From NCBI GenBank assembly GCA_900768185.1, contig CAAGCB010000012.1, positions 15,461 to 79,460 on the forward strand: a stretch of 64,000 bases of DNA. The letters run 5' to 3'. The notes under the pieces are model-generated. The model did no database searches, was not told the DNA's origin, and worked only from the letters and a program-made list of their open reading frames with translations. Both the position numbers and the translations under genes were made by a program. Below are positions 56,396 through 64,000 of this stretch, piece after piece (position 1 is the stretch's first letter; the number at the start of each line of letters is the position of its first letter). The DNA is from Alphaproteobacteria bacterium. GTDB taxonomy: Bacteria > Pseudomonadota > Alphaproteobacteria > CAAGCB01 > CAG-977.

Positions 56396-59158
56396 GTGGC
56401 GGAAAAACGGCCGCTGGCAATGGCGGCGGGATTAAAGGATTTCGTGTTGACGACGGCGGACGGCGGCGACGTGCGCGTGGTCGCGGCGCATGACGTTTTC
56501 CGCCAAACCGACGGCGCGCCGGTGCTGATTTGCAACCGTTCCCTGATGCGCGGGCGGTTGGGGCGGCAGATGCCGCAAACCGTTTTGGACGTTTTGGAGC
56601 TGTTCGCTTTCGTCTGTCCCGCGAAAAACGTCGTGCCGACGGCGCGGGAAATCGCCGCTTTTCTGGGTGTCACCGTGCCGACAAACGCGATTGAGGAAGC
56701 CAAATCCCTGTTTTCGATCACGCGGGTTCTGTTGGGAAAGCTGGCGGCTTTCGACGGCGACGAACGCAAAAGCGCGGTGGCTCTGGCTTTGACAATGGCG
56801 CGCGAGGGCGGCTGGATTTGGGGTGCGGACGTTTTGGCGGCGATGGGACGGTCGGCGAACGCGGCGGGGATTGCGGGGCTGACGGGGTTCGCGGTGTGGA
56901 ACGGGTTGACCGAATGGCAGGAAAGCGCGCCGCCGCCCCCCGCGGGGACGCAGCCCGTCGAATCCGTCGAAGTCGCGGCGAAATTAAAGGATTTGCTCGC
57001 TGTTCCCGTTCACGGCTTTGAGGTCGAAAACCGCGCCGATCAGACCGCTTATGCTCAAACGGCGGCAAAAGCTTTCAATCCGCCGATGGACGAAGGCGTT
57101 CCCGTCGCCGTTTTGGCGCAGGCGGGGACGGGCATCGGCAAAACGCTGGGGTATCTCGCGCCGACGGCGGCGTGGGTGGAAAAAAACGCGGGCGCGGTGT
57201 GGATCAGCACCTATACCCGCAACCTGCAACGCCAGTTGGAACGCGAGCTGGAACGCCTGTATCCCGATCCGCAGATCAGGCGGCGCAACGTCGTCGTGCG
57301 TAAAGGGCGCGAAAACTATCTGTGTCTGCTGAATTTCGCCGAAGCCGTCGGACGCGTTCCGCAACAGCCCGCCTCCGCCGTTCCGCTGGGGCTGATCGCA
57401 CGGTGGATATCCAAAACCAAAGACGGGGATTTGAGCGGCGGGGATTTTCCGGGGTGGTTGGGCGATTTGCTGAACAAGCAGGGATTGGCGGCGCTGGCGG
57501 ATCAGCGCGGCGACTGCATCTACGCCCAATGTCCGCACTATAAAAAATGCTTTATTGAAAAGGTCTTGCGCCGCTCCCGTCACGCGAAGATCGTTGTCGC
57601 CAATCATGCGCTGGTGATGACGCAACTGGCGGGCGCGACGGAGGACATCGTTCTGCCCGCGCGTTATGTGTTTGACGAAGCGCATCAGATTTTCAACGCC
57701 GCGGACGATATTTTCGCGGGCGAAATCAATCTGCGCGAAGGGCTGGAAATGCGCCGCTGTCTGCTGGGGGCGGAGGATCGGCGGCACGCGGGGCGCGCGC
57801 AAGGGATCGCCCGCCGGATCGGAGATTTGTCGCTGGTCGTTCCCGATATCGGCGCGGCGGTGGGGGATATCTCGGTTTTCGCCGCTTTTCTGCCGCATGT
57901 CAACGCTTTGTCGCGTCTGAAAAACCGCACGCCGCAGGGAAATTACGAAAAGTTCCTGACGCAAGTCTATCGGCAGGTGACCGCCCGCGCCGAACAGGCG
58001 GACGCGCTCTATTCGCTGGAATGTGATCCGCGCCCCGTCAGTCCCGAATTGGAACAGGCGGCAAAAGTCCTTTACGCTGATGTCAAGATGTTGGAGGAAA
58101 AGGTAAAATACCTGATCCGCCTGATCGAAAAATACATGAACGACGCGGCGGCGGAGATCGAAACGGCGGATAAACAACGCTACGCCGCCGTGTTGAAATC
58201 GCTGAAAAAAACGGCGGCGGAACCGTTGGCGGTCTGGCGCGTGATGTTGGAACAGCTGAGTCTGAAAACACCGGCGGATTTCGTGGACAGGCTGGAAATA
58301 ACGCGGACGGAGGGGTTCGATTCCGATGTCGGCTACCACCGTCACTGGGTCGATCCGACGTTTCCGTTCGCCCATGTTTTGCGCCAAACCGCTCACGGGG
58401 TGCTGATGACATCGGCGACGCTGACCGACAAAAGCGGCGATACGGAAAAGGATTGGGCGTTCGCGACGAAACGCACGGGCGCGTCGTATCTGGCGATGCC
58501 GGATATGCCGTTTGACCTGACTTTGGCGAATTTCGATTCGCCGTTCGATTATGCGAACAACGCGCGGGTGTTTATCGTGACCGACGTGGACAAATACAGT
58601 CCCGATCAGGTCGCCGCCGCGTACCGCGAGCTGTTTTTGGCGGCGAACGGCGGCGGTTTGGGCATCTTTACGGCGATCAAGCGGTTGAAAGCCGTGTACC
58701 GCCGCATCAAGGAACCGCTGGCGGACGCGGGAATTCCGTTGTTGGCGCAACATATCGACACGGTGAATCTGCAAACGCTTTTGGATATTTTCAAAGCCGA
58801 ACCGGAATCCTGTCTGCTGGGAACGGACGCGGTCAGGGACGGCATCGACGTTCCGGGGAAATCCTTGCAAATGATCGTGTTCGACCGCGTGCCGTGGCAC
58901 CGTCCCGACATCGCGCACAAAACCAGAAAAGCCGCGCTCGGCGAAACGGGCGAAGCGTACAACCTGACGCTGGTACGCACCAAATTGCAACAGGCGTTCG
59001 GACGATTGATCCGCAAGCACGACGACAGGGGCGTGTTTGTTTTGCTGGATCGCGCGGTGCCGTCGGAAACGCTGTCGGCTTTTCCCGCGAACGTGCCGGT
59101 CGAAAAACAGGGGCTGAAAGAAACGCTGGCGAAAATCAGGGAATTTCTGGGACGCTGA
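56396..59158 (+). CDS. dinG: DinG/Rad3-family ATP-dependent DNA helicase (FeS-cluster helicase) with ~230-aa N-terminal extension
   Basis: Walker A AGTGIGKTLGYLAP, four-Cys FeS insert (C..C..C..C around 57340-57560), DEAH-like VFDEAHQI, C-terminal helicase motifs. Confidence 0.8.
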   Translation: MAEKRPLAMAAGLKDFVLTTADGGDVRVVAAHDVFRQTDGAPVLICNRSLMRGRLGRQMPQTVLDVLELFAFVCPAKNVVPTAREIAAFLGVTVPTNAIEEAKSLFSITRVLLGKLAAFDGDERKSAVALALTMAREGGWIWGADVLAAMGRSANAAGIAGLTGFAVWNGLTEWQESAPPPPAGTQPVESVEVAAKLKDLLAVPVHGFEVENRADQTAYAQTAAKAFNPPMDEGVPVAVLAQAGTGIGKTLGYLAPTAAWVEKNAGAVWISTYTRNLQRQLERELERLYPDPQIRRRNVVVRKGRENYLCLLNFAEAVGRVPQQPASAVPLGLIARWISKTKDGDLSGGDFPGWLGDLLNKQGLAALADQRGDCIYAQCPHYKKCFIEKVLRRSRHAKIVVANHALVMTQLAGATEDIVLPARYVFDEAHQIFNAADDIFAGEINLREGLEMRRCLLGAEDRRHAGRAQGIARRIGDLSLVVPDIGAAVGDISVFAAFLPHVNALSRLKNRTPQGNYEKFLTQVYRQVTARAEQADALYSLECDPRPVSPELEQAAKVLYADVKMLEEKVKYLIRLIEKYMNDAAAEIETADKQRYAAVLKSLKKTAAEPLAVWRVMLEQLSLKTPADFVDRLEITRTEGFDSDVGYHRHWVDPTFPFAHVLRQTAHGVLMTSATLTDKSGDTEKDWAFATKRTGASYLAMPDMPFDLTLANFDSPFDYANNARVFIVTDVDKYSPDQVAAAYRELFLAANGGGLGIFTAIKRLKAVYRRIKEPLADAGIPLLAQHIDTVNLQTLLDIFKAEPESCLLGTDAVRDGIDVPGKSLQMIVFDRVPWHRPDIAHKTRKAALGETGEAYNLTLVRTKLQQAFGRLIRKHDDRGVFVLLDRAVPSETLSAFPANVPVEKQGLKETLAKIREFLGR

Positions 59159-59256
59159 ACGGGGAACGCCGCCATTTTCGTCGGCAAAAGGCGGACACAA
59201 AAAAGGCGGACGGGAAAAACCCGACCGCCTTGCCGTTAAAGTAAAATAATCCGGCT

Positions 59257-59514
59257 TTAATCCAAGCCCAGAGCGCGTTTGTAGACGTCCAAAACGAACT
59301 CCTCTTCTTGGCGTTCCTGATCGTCCATTTTGCGGATTTTCAGCAACTGTTTGATTGCTTTGACATCGAAATTTGCCGATTTGGCTTCTTCGAAGATTTC
59401 CTTGATATCGTTTTGCAAGGCTTTCTTTTCTTCTTCGATATGTTCGATGCGTTCGATATAGGACAGCAGACGCGCGGCGTCAACGCCGTTCACATCTTTG
59501 GTTTCGTCGGTCAT
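59257..59514 (-). CDS. gapR: GapR-like nucleoid-associated protein (DUF2312)
   Basis: 85 aa; IERIEHIEEEKKALQNDIKEIFEEAKSANFDVKAIKQLLKIRK resembles the Caulobacter GapR core. Confidence 0.75.
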   Translation of the reverse strand: MTDETKDVNGVDAARLLSYIERIEHIEEEKKALQNDIKEIFEEAKSANFDVKAIKQLLKIRKMDDQERQEEEFVLDVYKRALGLD

Positions 59515-59526
59515 GGGTAAAACTCC

Positions 59527-60096
59527 TTATTCTTCGTCGGCGTCTTCAACGTCAAACGCGACCTGATCGCGCATCGGGCTGCGCGGAGCGGCGGCGACCG
59601 CCTTTTCCAAATCGGCTTCGGTGCATAATCCCAGCAAAACGGGGTTGCGCGCCTTGATGTTCGCCATATTCCAATGCGTGCGGTCGCGAATCGCGTCAAT
59701 CGAGTTTTTCGTCGTGCCGATCAATTTGCGGATCTGCGCGTCCGTCAAGTCGGGACGGTGTTTCAACAGCCACGCAATCGCGTCGGGCTTGTCCTGACGT
59801 TTCGCCATCGGCGTATAGCGCGCCCCCTTTGTGCGCGGCATCGCGACGGGCAAATCGGCGACGGCGCGTTTTAACGACGCGGTTTCGTCGGCTTCGCAAC
59901 GTTTGATTTCCTCTTGCGTCAGCTGACCGTTGGCGATCGGATTCAACCCCATCATGCCGACGCCGACGTCGCCGTCGGCAATCGCCTGAATTTCCAAAGC
60001 GTGCATACCGCAAAATTCCGCGATCTGGTCAAACGTCAAAGCGGTGTTTTCGACCAGCCAGACGGCGGTCGCTTTGGGCATAAGTGGTAAAGACAT
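59527..60096 (-). CDS. DUF1013-family protein (TrcR-like cell-cycle regulator family)
   Basis: 189 aa; KATAVWLVENTALTFDQIAEFCGMHALEIQAIADGD N-terminal region typical of DUF1013. Confidence 0.65.
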   Translation of the reverse strand: MSLPLMPKATAVWLVENTALTFDQIAEFCGMHALEIQAIADGDVGVGMMGLNPIANGQLTQEEIKRCEADETASLKRAVADLPVAMPRTKGARYTPMAKRQDKPDAIAWLLKHRPDLTDAQIRKLIGTTKNSIDAIRDRTHWNMANIKARNPVLLGLCTEADLEKAVAAAPRSPMRDQVAFDVEDADEE

Positions 60097-60183
60097 GGAT
60101 ATTCCCCTTGAATATAATGAATCACTTTTATCGGCAGAATAACTTAAACGCCGCGTCAGGTCAAAGCGATATTTGTCCGCCGT

Positions 60184-60561
60184 TCAAAATTCTTTGACGG
60201 GCGACCATTTTTCACCGACCGCGCCGGCTTTCATGCCGTCAAAGATTTTTCCGAACGCGCTCGGACAGCCGTACCGACGCAATATCGGCAGAAAAGCCGA
60301 CGCCAAACGGCGATTCCGTTCGTTCAGGACGGAAAAATCCGTTCCCTGATATAAATAGACATCGCCGTCCAAAGCGTAACCGCGCGGGTTGTTTTCGATA
60401 ATCGCGCGCGCCTGATTTTCGTCAAAGCCGGATACCGTCAGCAAATCGAAATGCGATCCCGTAAAGCCGTCCGCGGCGATCAAAACGCCCCCGTCCAAAA
60501 AGACGAACGCTTTGCGGCGGCGGTGAAATGCCGTTTCGACGTTATTTTGATCGGCGGGCAT
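60184..60561 (-). CDS. Hypothetical protein
   Basis: 125-aa ORF; no domain recognised; overlaps the bactofilin gene 3' end by 20 nt. Confidence 0.35.
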   Translation of the reverse strand: MPADQNNVETAFHRRRKAFVFLDGGVLIAADGFTGSHFDLLTVSGFDENQARAIIENNPRGYALDGDVYLYQGTDFSVLNERNRRLASAFLPILRRYGCPSAFGKIFDGMKAGAVGEKWSPVKEF

Positions 60562-60973
60562 CGGTCAGCATCAAATCCGCGGGCGCCTGTTCGGCGGGAA
60601 TGGGATCGCTCATGTGGCGGCAGTGTCCTTCCAGATAAGCCCCCGGTTCGATTTCCAGCCGTTCATGCGTGATGTCGCCCGTAATTTTTGATTGCGACGC
60701 CAAAAATACCGATTTGGCGCACAAATGCCCCGTGATGCTGCCGTGAACTTTGGCGACGTCAGCCTGAATTTCGCCGTTGATTTGGGCGTTGACGCCGACA
60801 ATCAGTTTGCGGCAGCGAATGTCGCCCTGAATTTTGCCGTCAATGTGCAGTTCGCCTTCGCACACCAAATCGCCCGTGATTGACAAATCAGAGCTGATAA
60901 TGGACGGGGAGGACGGTCTTCTGTCGTTGTCGGACAGTTTTGTTTCGATGTTGCTTTTAACTCTTGAAAACAT
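60542..60973 (-). CDS. bacA: Bactofilin (DUF583)
   Basis: Beta-helical bactofilin repeats ITGDLVCEGELHIDGKIQGDIRC... Confidence 0.8.
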   Translation of the reverse strand: MFSRVKSNIETKLSDNDRRPSSPSIISSDLSITGDLVCEGELHIDGKIQGDIRCRKLIVGVNAQINGEIQADVAKVHGSITGHLCAKSVFLASQSKITGDITHERLEIEPGAYLEGHCRHMSDPIPAEQAPADLMLTDARRSK

Positions 60974-62291
60974 TTTTTTTCGCCTTGATAAATTTCATGG
61001 GATCGACCGCCTGCCCCCTGACGCGGATTTCATAATGCAGGTGCGGTCCCGTGCTGCGTCCCGAATTGCCGACCGTGCCGATTTTGTCACCGGCGCGAAC
61101 GGTGTCACCCTGTGTGACCAAGATTTTATCCAAATGGGCGTAGCGGGTTCTGAAGCCCATGCCGTGGTCGATTTCGACCATGTTGCCGTACCAGCCCCAA
61201 CGTCCGGCGCGCACGACTTTTCCCGGCGCGGTCGTCCGGACGGGTTCCCCCGTCATGCCGCCCAGATCGACGGCTTCGTGATGGGCGGGCGCGCCCTGGA
61301 ACGGATCGCCGCGAGAACCGAACGGCGACGTAACGCGAATGCGATCGATCGGTTTTCCGATCGGCAAAGTGTTTTGCAGCGTCGTCAAATCGTACCAGCG
61401 ATCCAGTCGACTGTTCAAGCTGACCAAAGAAACATTCAGGCGATGTTGCGGTTTCGCCGCGGGCGCGGGAATGAACGGTCCGCCGATGCCGACGTTTTCC
61501 TTGTCGCGGCGAATGCGGTTCAGCAGGCTTTCCATGCCCAGTCCCGTCGCCGCCAAAGACTGTTTGATGCCGTCGAGGTTGTTTTCAATCCAATCGACGT
61601 TGCCGTCCGCCAGCGACGCCATTTTGCGGAATACCAGAAACTGTGTTTCCTGCATGTCCGAAATCTGTTTTTCCAGCGAACGGACTTTGCGCCGCAACGT
61701 GTTCGCTTGCGCTTCGGCGACGTCGCGTTGCAGGGCGATTTTGTGATAAGACAAGGCGTCGCGAACCGCGTCGTCCCCGTCCGTTAAACGATTCAGACGT
61801 TCGCGCACCAAAGCCGTTTCGCTTTTCAGGCGTTCGGCGTTTTCCGCCAAAACCTGCGCGTTTTGATCCTTCGTATCGTTTTTGACCGCGCCCCGACCGT
61901 TCGCCTTTCGCACGACGCCCGTTTCGTCGCCGTCCAAGGAACGGCGCAAATCGTCGACGGCGGCTTGATTATCGTCGACGGCGGCGGCGACTTTGTCCAG
62001 GTGTTCGGCAAAAGCCGCAATCTCGCCTTGCAATCTGGCGTTTTCGTTTTTGGCGCGCGTCAACGCGGCGCGATTGTCGGCAAAAGCGGCGTCATGGTAC
62101 AGAAAATAACCCGTCGCAAATACGCTCCAAGCCGCCGCCGCGCCCAGCAAAAGGGACAAAGCGACCTGCCGCTTTGATGTCAAAGCGCAGAAAAAGACGC
62201 CTTCGGTATCCCGAACGAATAAATCGCGGGGTTTGAAAAAGCGTTTCAGCCGGCTTTTTTTCATGTTCCTCCGTTTTCGGGGCGTCCCCAA
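60957..62291 (-). CDS. M23-family peptidase with N-terminal TM and coiled coil (LmdC-like partner of bactofilin)
   Basis: C-terminal LytM/M23 motifs HHEAVDLGG ... GNSGRSTGPHLHYEI; 17-nt overlap with the bactofilin gene. Confidence 0.8.
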   Translation of the reverse strand: MGTPRKRRNMKKSRLKRFFKPRDLFVRDTEGVFFCALTSKRQVALSLLLGAAAAWSVFATGYFLYHDAAFADNRAALTRAKNENARLQGEIAAFAEHLDKVAAAVDDNQAAVDDLRRSLDGDETGVVRKANGRGAVKNDTKDQNAQVLAENAERLKSETALVRERLNRLTDGDDAVRDALSYHKIALQRDVAEAQANTLRRKVRSLEKQISDMQETQFLVFRKMASLADGNVDWIENNLDGIKQSLAATGLGMESLLNRIRRDKENVGIGGPFIPAPAAKPQHRLNVSLVSLNSRLDRWYDLTTLQNTLPIGKPIDRIRVTSPFGSRGDPFQGAPAHHEAVDLGGMTGEPVRTTAPGKVVRAGRWGWYGNMVEIDHGMGFRTRYAHLDKILVTQGDTVRAGDKIGTVGNSGRSTGPHLHYEIRVRGQAVDPMKFIKAKKNVFKS

Positions 62292-62373
62292 AAATATATG
62301 GCTTTTTTGACAACATACTATAAGATACGGACGTTTCGAAACATTTTTTTAACTCTAAAAGGAAAAAACAACC

Positions 62374-62871
62374 ATGACGGTTAAAACAAAAGCGGCTTTC
62401 GTTTTGGGGACGTGGTTCGGGGCGGGAAAATCCCCCGTCGCCCCGGGAACGTTCGGATCTTTGGCGGCGTTGCCGTTCGGTTGGGCGATTCTGCATTTCG
62501 GCGGCGCGTGCGGATTGGCGGCGGCGGCGTTCGCGGTCTTTTTCATCGGCGTGTGGAGCGCTGATGTCGTTATGCGTGAAACAAACACCGAAGACCCCGG
62601 CATGATCGTGATTGACGAAGTCGTCGGACAATGGATCGCGCTGTTGTGCGTTCCGGCGGATTGGATCGGCTATCTGCTGGCGTTCGCTTTGTTCCGCGTG
62701 TTCGATATTTCCAAACCGTGGCCCGCCTGCTGGGCGGATTCGAAATTGCGCAACGCGACGGGAGTCATGTTGGACGACGTGTTCGCCGGATTGTACGCGC
62801 TGTTGTGCGCCGCGCTGTCGACGCATTATTTCATGCCCGACGGCGGCTGGCTGAACCTGTTGGTGAAATAA
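62374..62871 (+). CDS. pgpA: Phosphatidylglycerophosphatase A
   Basis: GTWFGAGKSPVAPGTFGSL N-terminal PgpA motif. Confidence 0.85.
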   Translation: MTVKTKAAFVLGTWFGAGKSPVAPGTFGSLAALPFGWAILHFGGACGLAAAAFAVFFIGVWSADVVMRETNTEDPGMIVIDEVVGQWIALLCVPADWIGYLLAFALFRVFDISKPWPACWADSKLRNATGVMLDDVFAGLYALLCAALSTHYFMPDGGWLNLLVK

Positions 62872-62929
62872 ATCTCAAAAAGGAGGAATGACCGGACGGC
62901 GTTCCTCTTTTCTTTGGGAAAGTTTTTTT

Positions 62930-63841
62930 TCAGTCCCACGCGGCGGCTGGTGCGACGCAAGGTTTGATGTTCGCGTTTTGCACGAATTGCGTCAATTTTT
63001 CGACGGCGCGGTTTTCGATTTGGCGCACGCGTTCGCGGGAAATGCCCAGACGTTCGCCCAGCTCGTCCAGCGTTTCGGGATTTTCCGACAACCGTCTGGC
63101 TTGGACGACGATTTTTTCGCGATCGCTCAGCGCGTTCATCGCTTGCGTCAGCAAAGTGCGGCGCAGAGTCGTTTCTTGACGTTCGGCGATTTCGCTTTCA
63201 ATATTGCCCTCGTCGGTCAGAAAGTCCTGACGTTCGGCGTATCCGTCGTCGTAGACGGGCGTGTTCAGCGACACGTCGCCGTTCAGCCGCATGTCCATTT
63301 CGGTCACGTCGGATTCGGAAACGTGCAAATCTTTGGAAATTTCCTTCACGCTGTCGGAATCCAGCGCCGAATCGCCATAGAGTCCAAGGCGCGCTTTAAT
63401 TTTGCGCAGATTGTAAAACAGGCGTTTTTGCGCCGCGATTGTGCCGATGCGCACCAAAGACCACGATTTCAGGACAAATTCGTTGATCGCCGCCTTGATC
63501 CACCACACGGCGTAAGTTGACAGGCGATTTCCCTTGTCGGGGACAAAGCGTTTGACCGCCTGCATCAGTCCGACGTTGGCTTCGGAGATTAAATCTTCCA
63601 AAGGCAAACCGTAATAGCGGTAGGAAAAAGCGACCTTCGCCGCCAAACGCAAATGCGCGGAAATCAGCTTTTTAGCCGCGGATAAATCGCCGTGATCGCG
63701 AAATCTGCTCGCCAGCATGTATTCTTCTTCGGCGGACAGAACGGGAATGCGGCGAATCGCCGCCAGATAAGAATGCAGTCCGTTTTGAACGGCGGGCAAT
63801 AAAGCCTTTGTGTTGATTGTCAAATCAGTCATTTTCGTCAT
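62930..63841 (-). CDS. rpoH: RNA polymerase sigma-32 factor RpoH
   Basis: Regions 2-4 of sigma-70 family plus the RpoH box QAMNALSDREKIVVQARRL-type region; AT-rich promoter region upstream (63842-63990). Confidence 0.9.
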   Translation of the reverse strand: MTKMTDLTINTKALLPAVQNGLHSYLAAIRRIPVLSAEEEYMLASRFRDHGDLSAAKKLISAHLRLAAKVAFSYRYYGLPLEDLISEANVGLMQAVKRFVPDKGNRLSTYAVWWIKAAINEFVLKSWSLVRIGTIAAQKRLFYNLRKIKARLGLYGDSALDSDSVKEISKDLHVSESDVTEMDMRLNGDVSLNTPVYDDGYAERQDFLTDEGNIESEIAERQETTLRRTLLTQAMNALSDREKIVVQARRLSENPETLDELGERLGISRERVRQIENRAVEKLTQFVQNANIKPCVAPAAAWD

Positions 63842-64000
63842 ATCCTTTCATAAGCAACATGACATTGCTTGCGAAAAACCCTGAACAGGCGTTTTCCGCA
63901 TTTCAGGATAATATAAAATTATCCGTTAAAATGCAATAGGCAAAATGATAGTTTTTAATAGTTCTAATTTCTATTTAATCAGTGCGGTCAGCTTTTCCAT

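Noticed and set aside
56984-59200. 738-aa minus-strand ORF antisense to the DinG helicase gene
   Set aside because: Same reasoning: the sense gene has Walker A, an FeS insert and helicase motifs, while the antisense translation is Arg-rich with no motif.
1-64000. CRISPR arrays, IS elements, integrases or prophage genes
   Set aside because: No regularly spaced direct repeats, transposase/integrase motifs (DDE, tyrosine recombinase R..H..R..Y) or phage structural genes were seen; the accessory regions lack obvious mobility genes in this window.
63972-64000. Possible gene start at the window edge (atggaaaagctgaccgcac on the minus strand)
   Set aside because: It reads only 9 codons before a stop. 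The region is the AT-rich rpoH promoter, not coding.

Overview
This window reads as an alphaproteobacterial chromosomal core segment. The evidence is gene content and synteny: kdsD-lptC-lptA-lptB-rpoN-hpf-ptsN; yebC-ruvC-ruvA-ruvB; ybgC-tolQ-tolR-tolA-tolB-pal-cpoB-tilS-ftsH-glmM-serC; GapR (DUF2312), DUF1013, a bactofilin-M23 peptidase pair, class I LysRS and rpoH. Other recognisable genes include a tRNA-Ala(CGC), rpmE, efp-epmA, zapA with a predicted 6S RNA and ygfA, and a HydG-like radical SAM maturase with a small ACT-type regulator. Two regions do not fit the core pattern. The first is a ~6 kb block (27.9-34.0 kb) between ruvB and ybgC that encodes five paralogous small membrane proteins with a bilobed hydrophobic segment, followed by two paralogous HExxH metalloprotease-like proteins. 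The last of these overlaps the ybgC start codon (ATGA), so the block appears wired into the tol-pal operon; I do not recognise either family. The second is a 45.9-54.7 kb accessory stretch with an MmeI-family type IIL restriction-modification gene interrupted by one in-frame TAG, two paralogous permuted papain-fold proteins that bracket a Cys-rich secreted protein, a LysR regulator and a SemiSWEET-like gene. A non-flagellar MotA/MotB-like module with a coiled-coil B subunit (15.2-18.5 kb) is also notable. No CRISPR array, transposase or integrase was seen. All calls rest on motif recognition and synteny read by eye; no database search was run.
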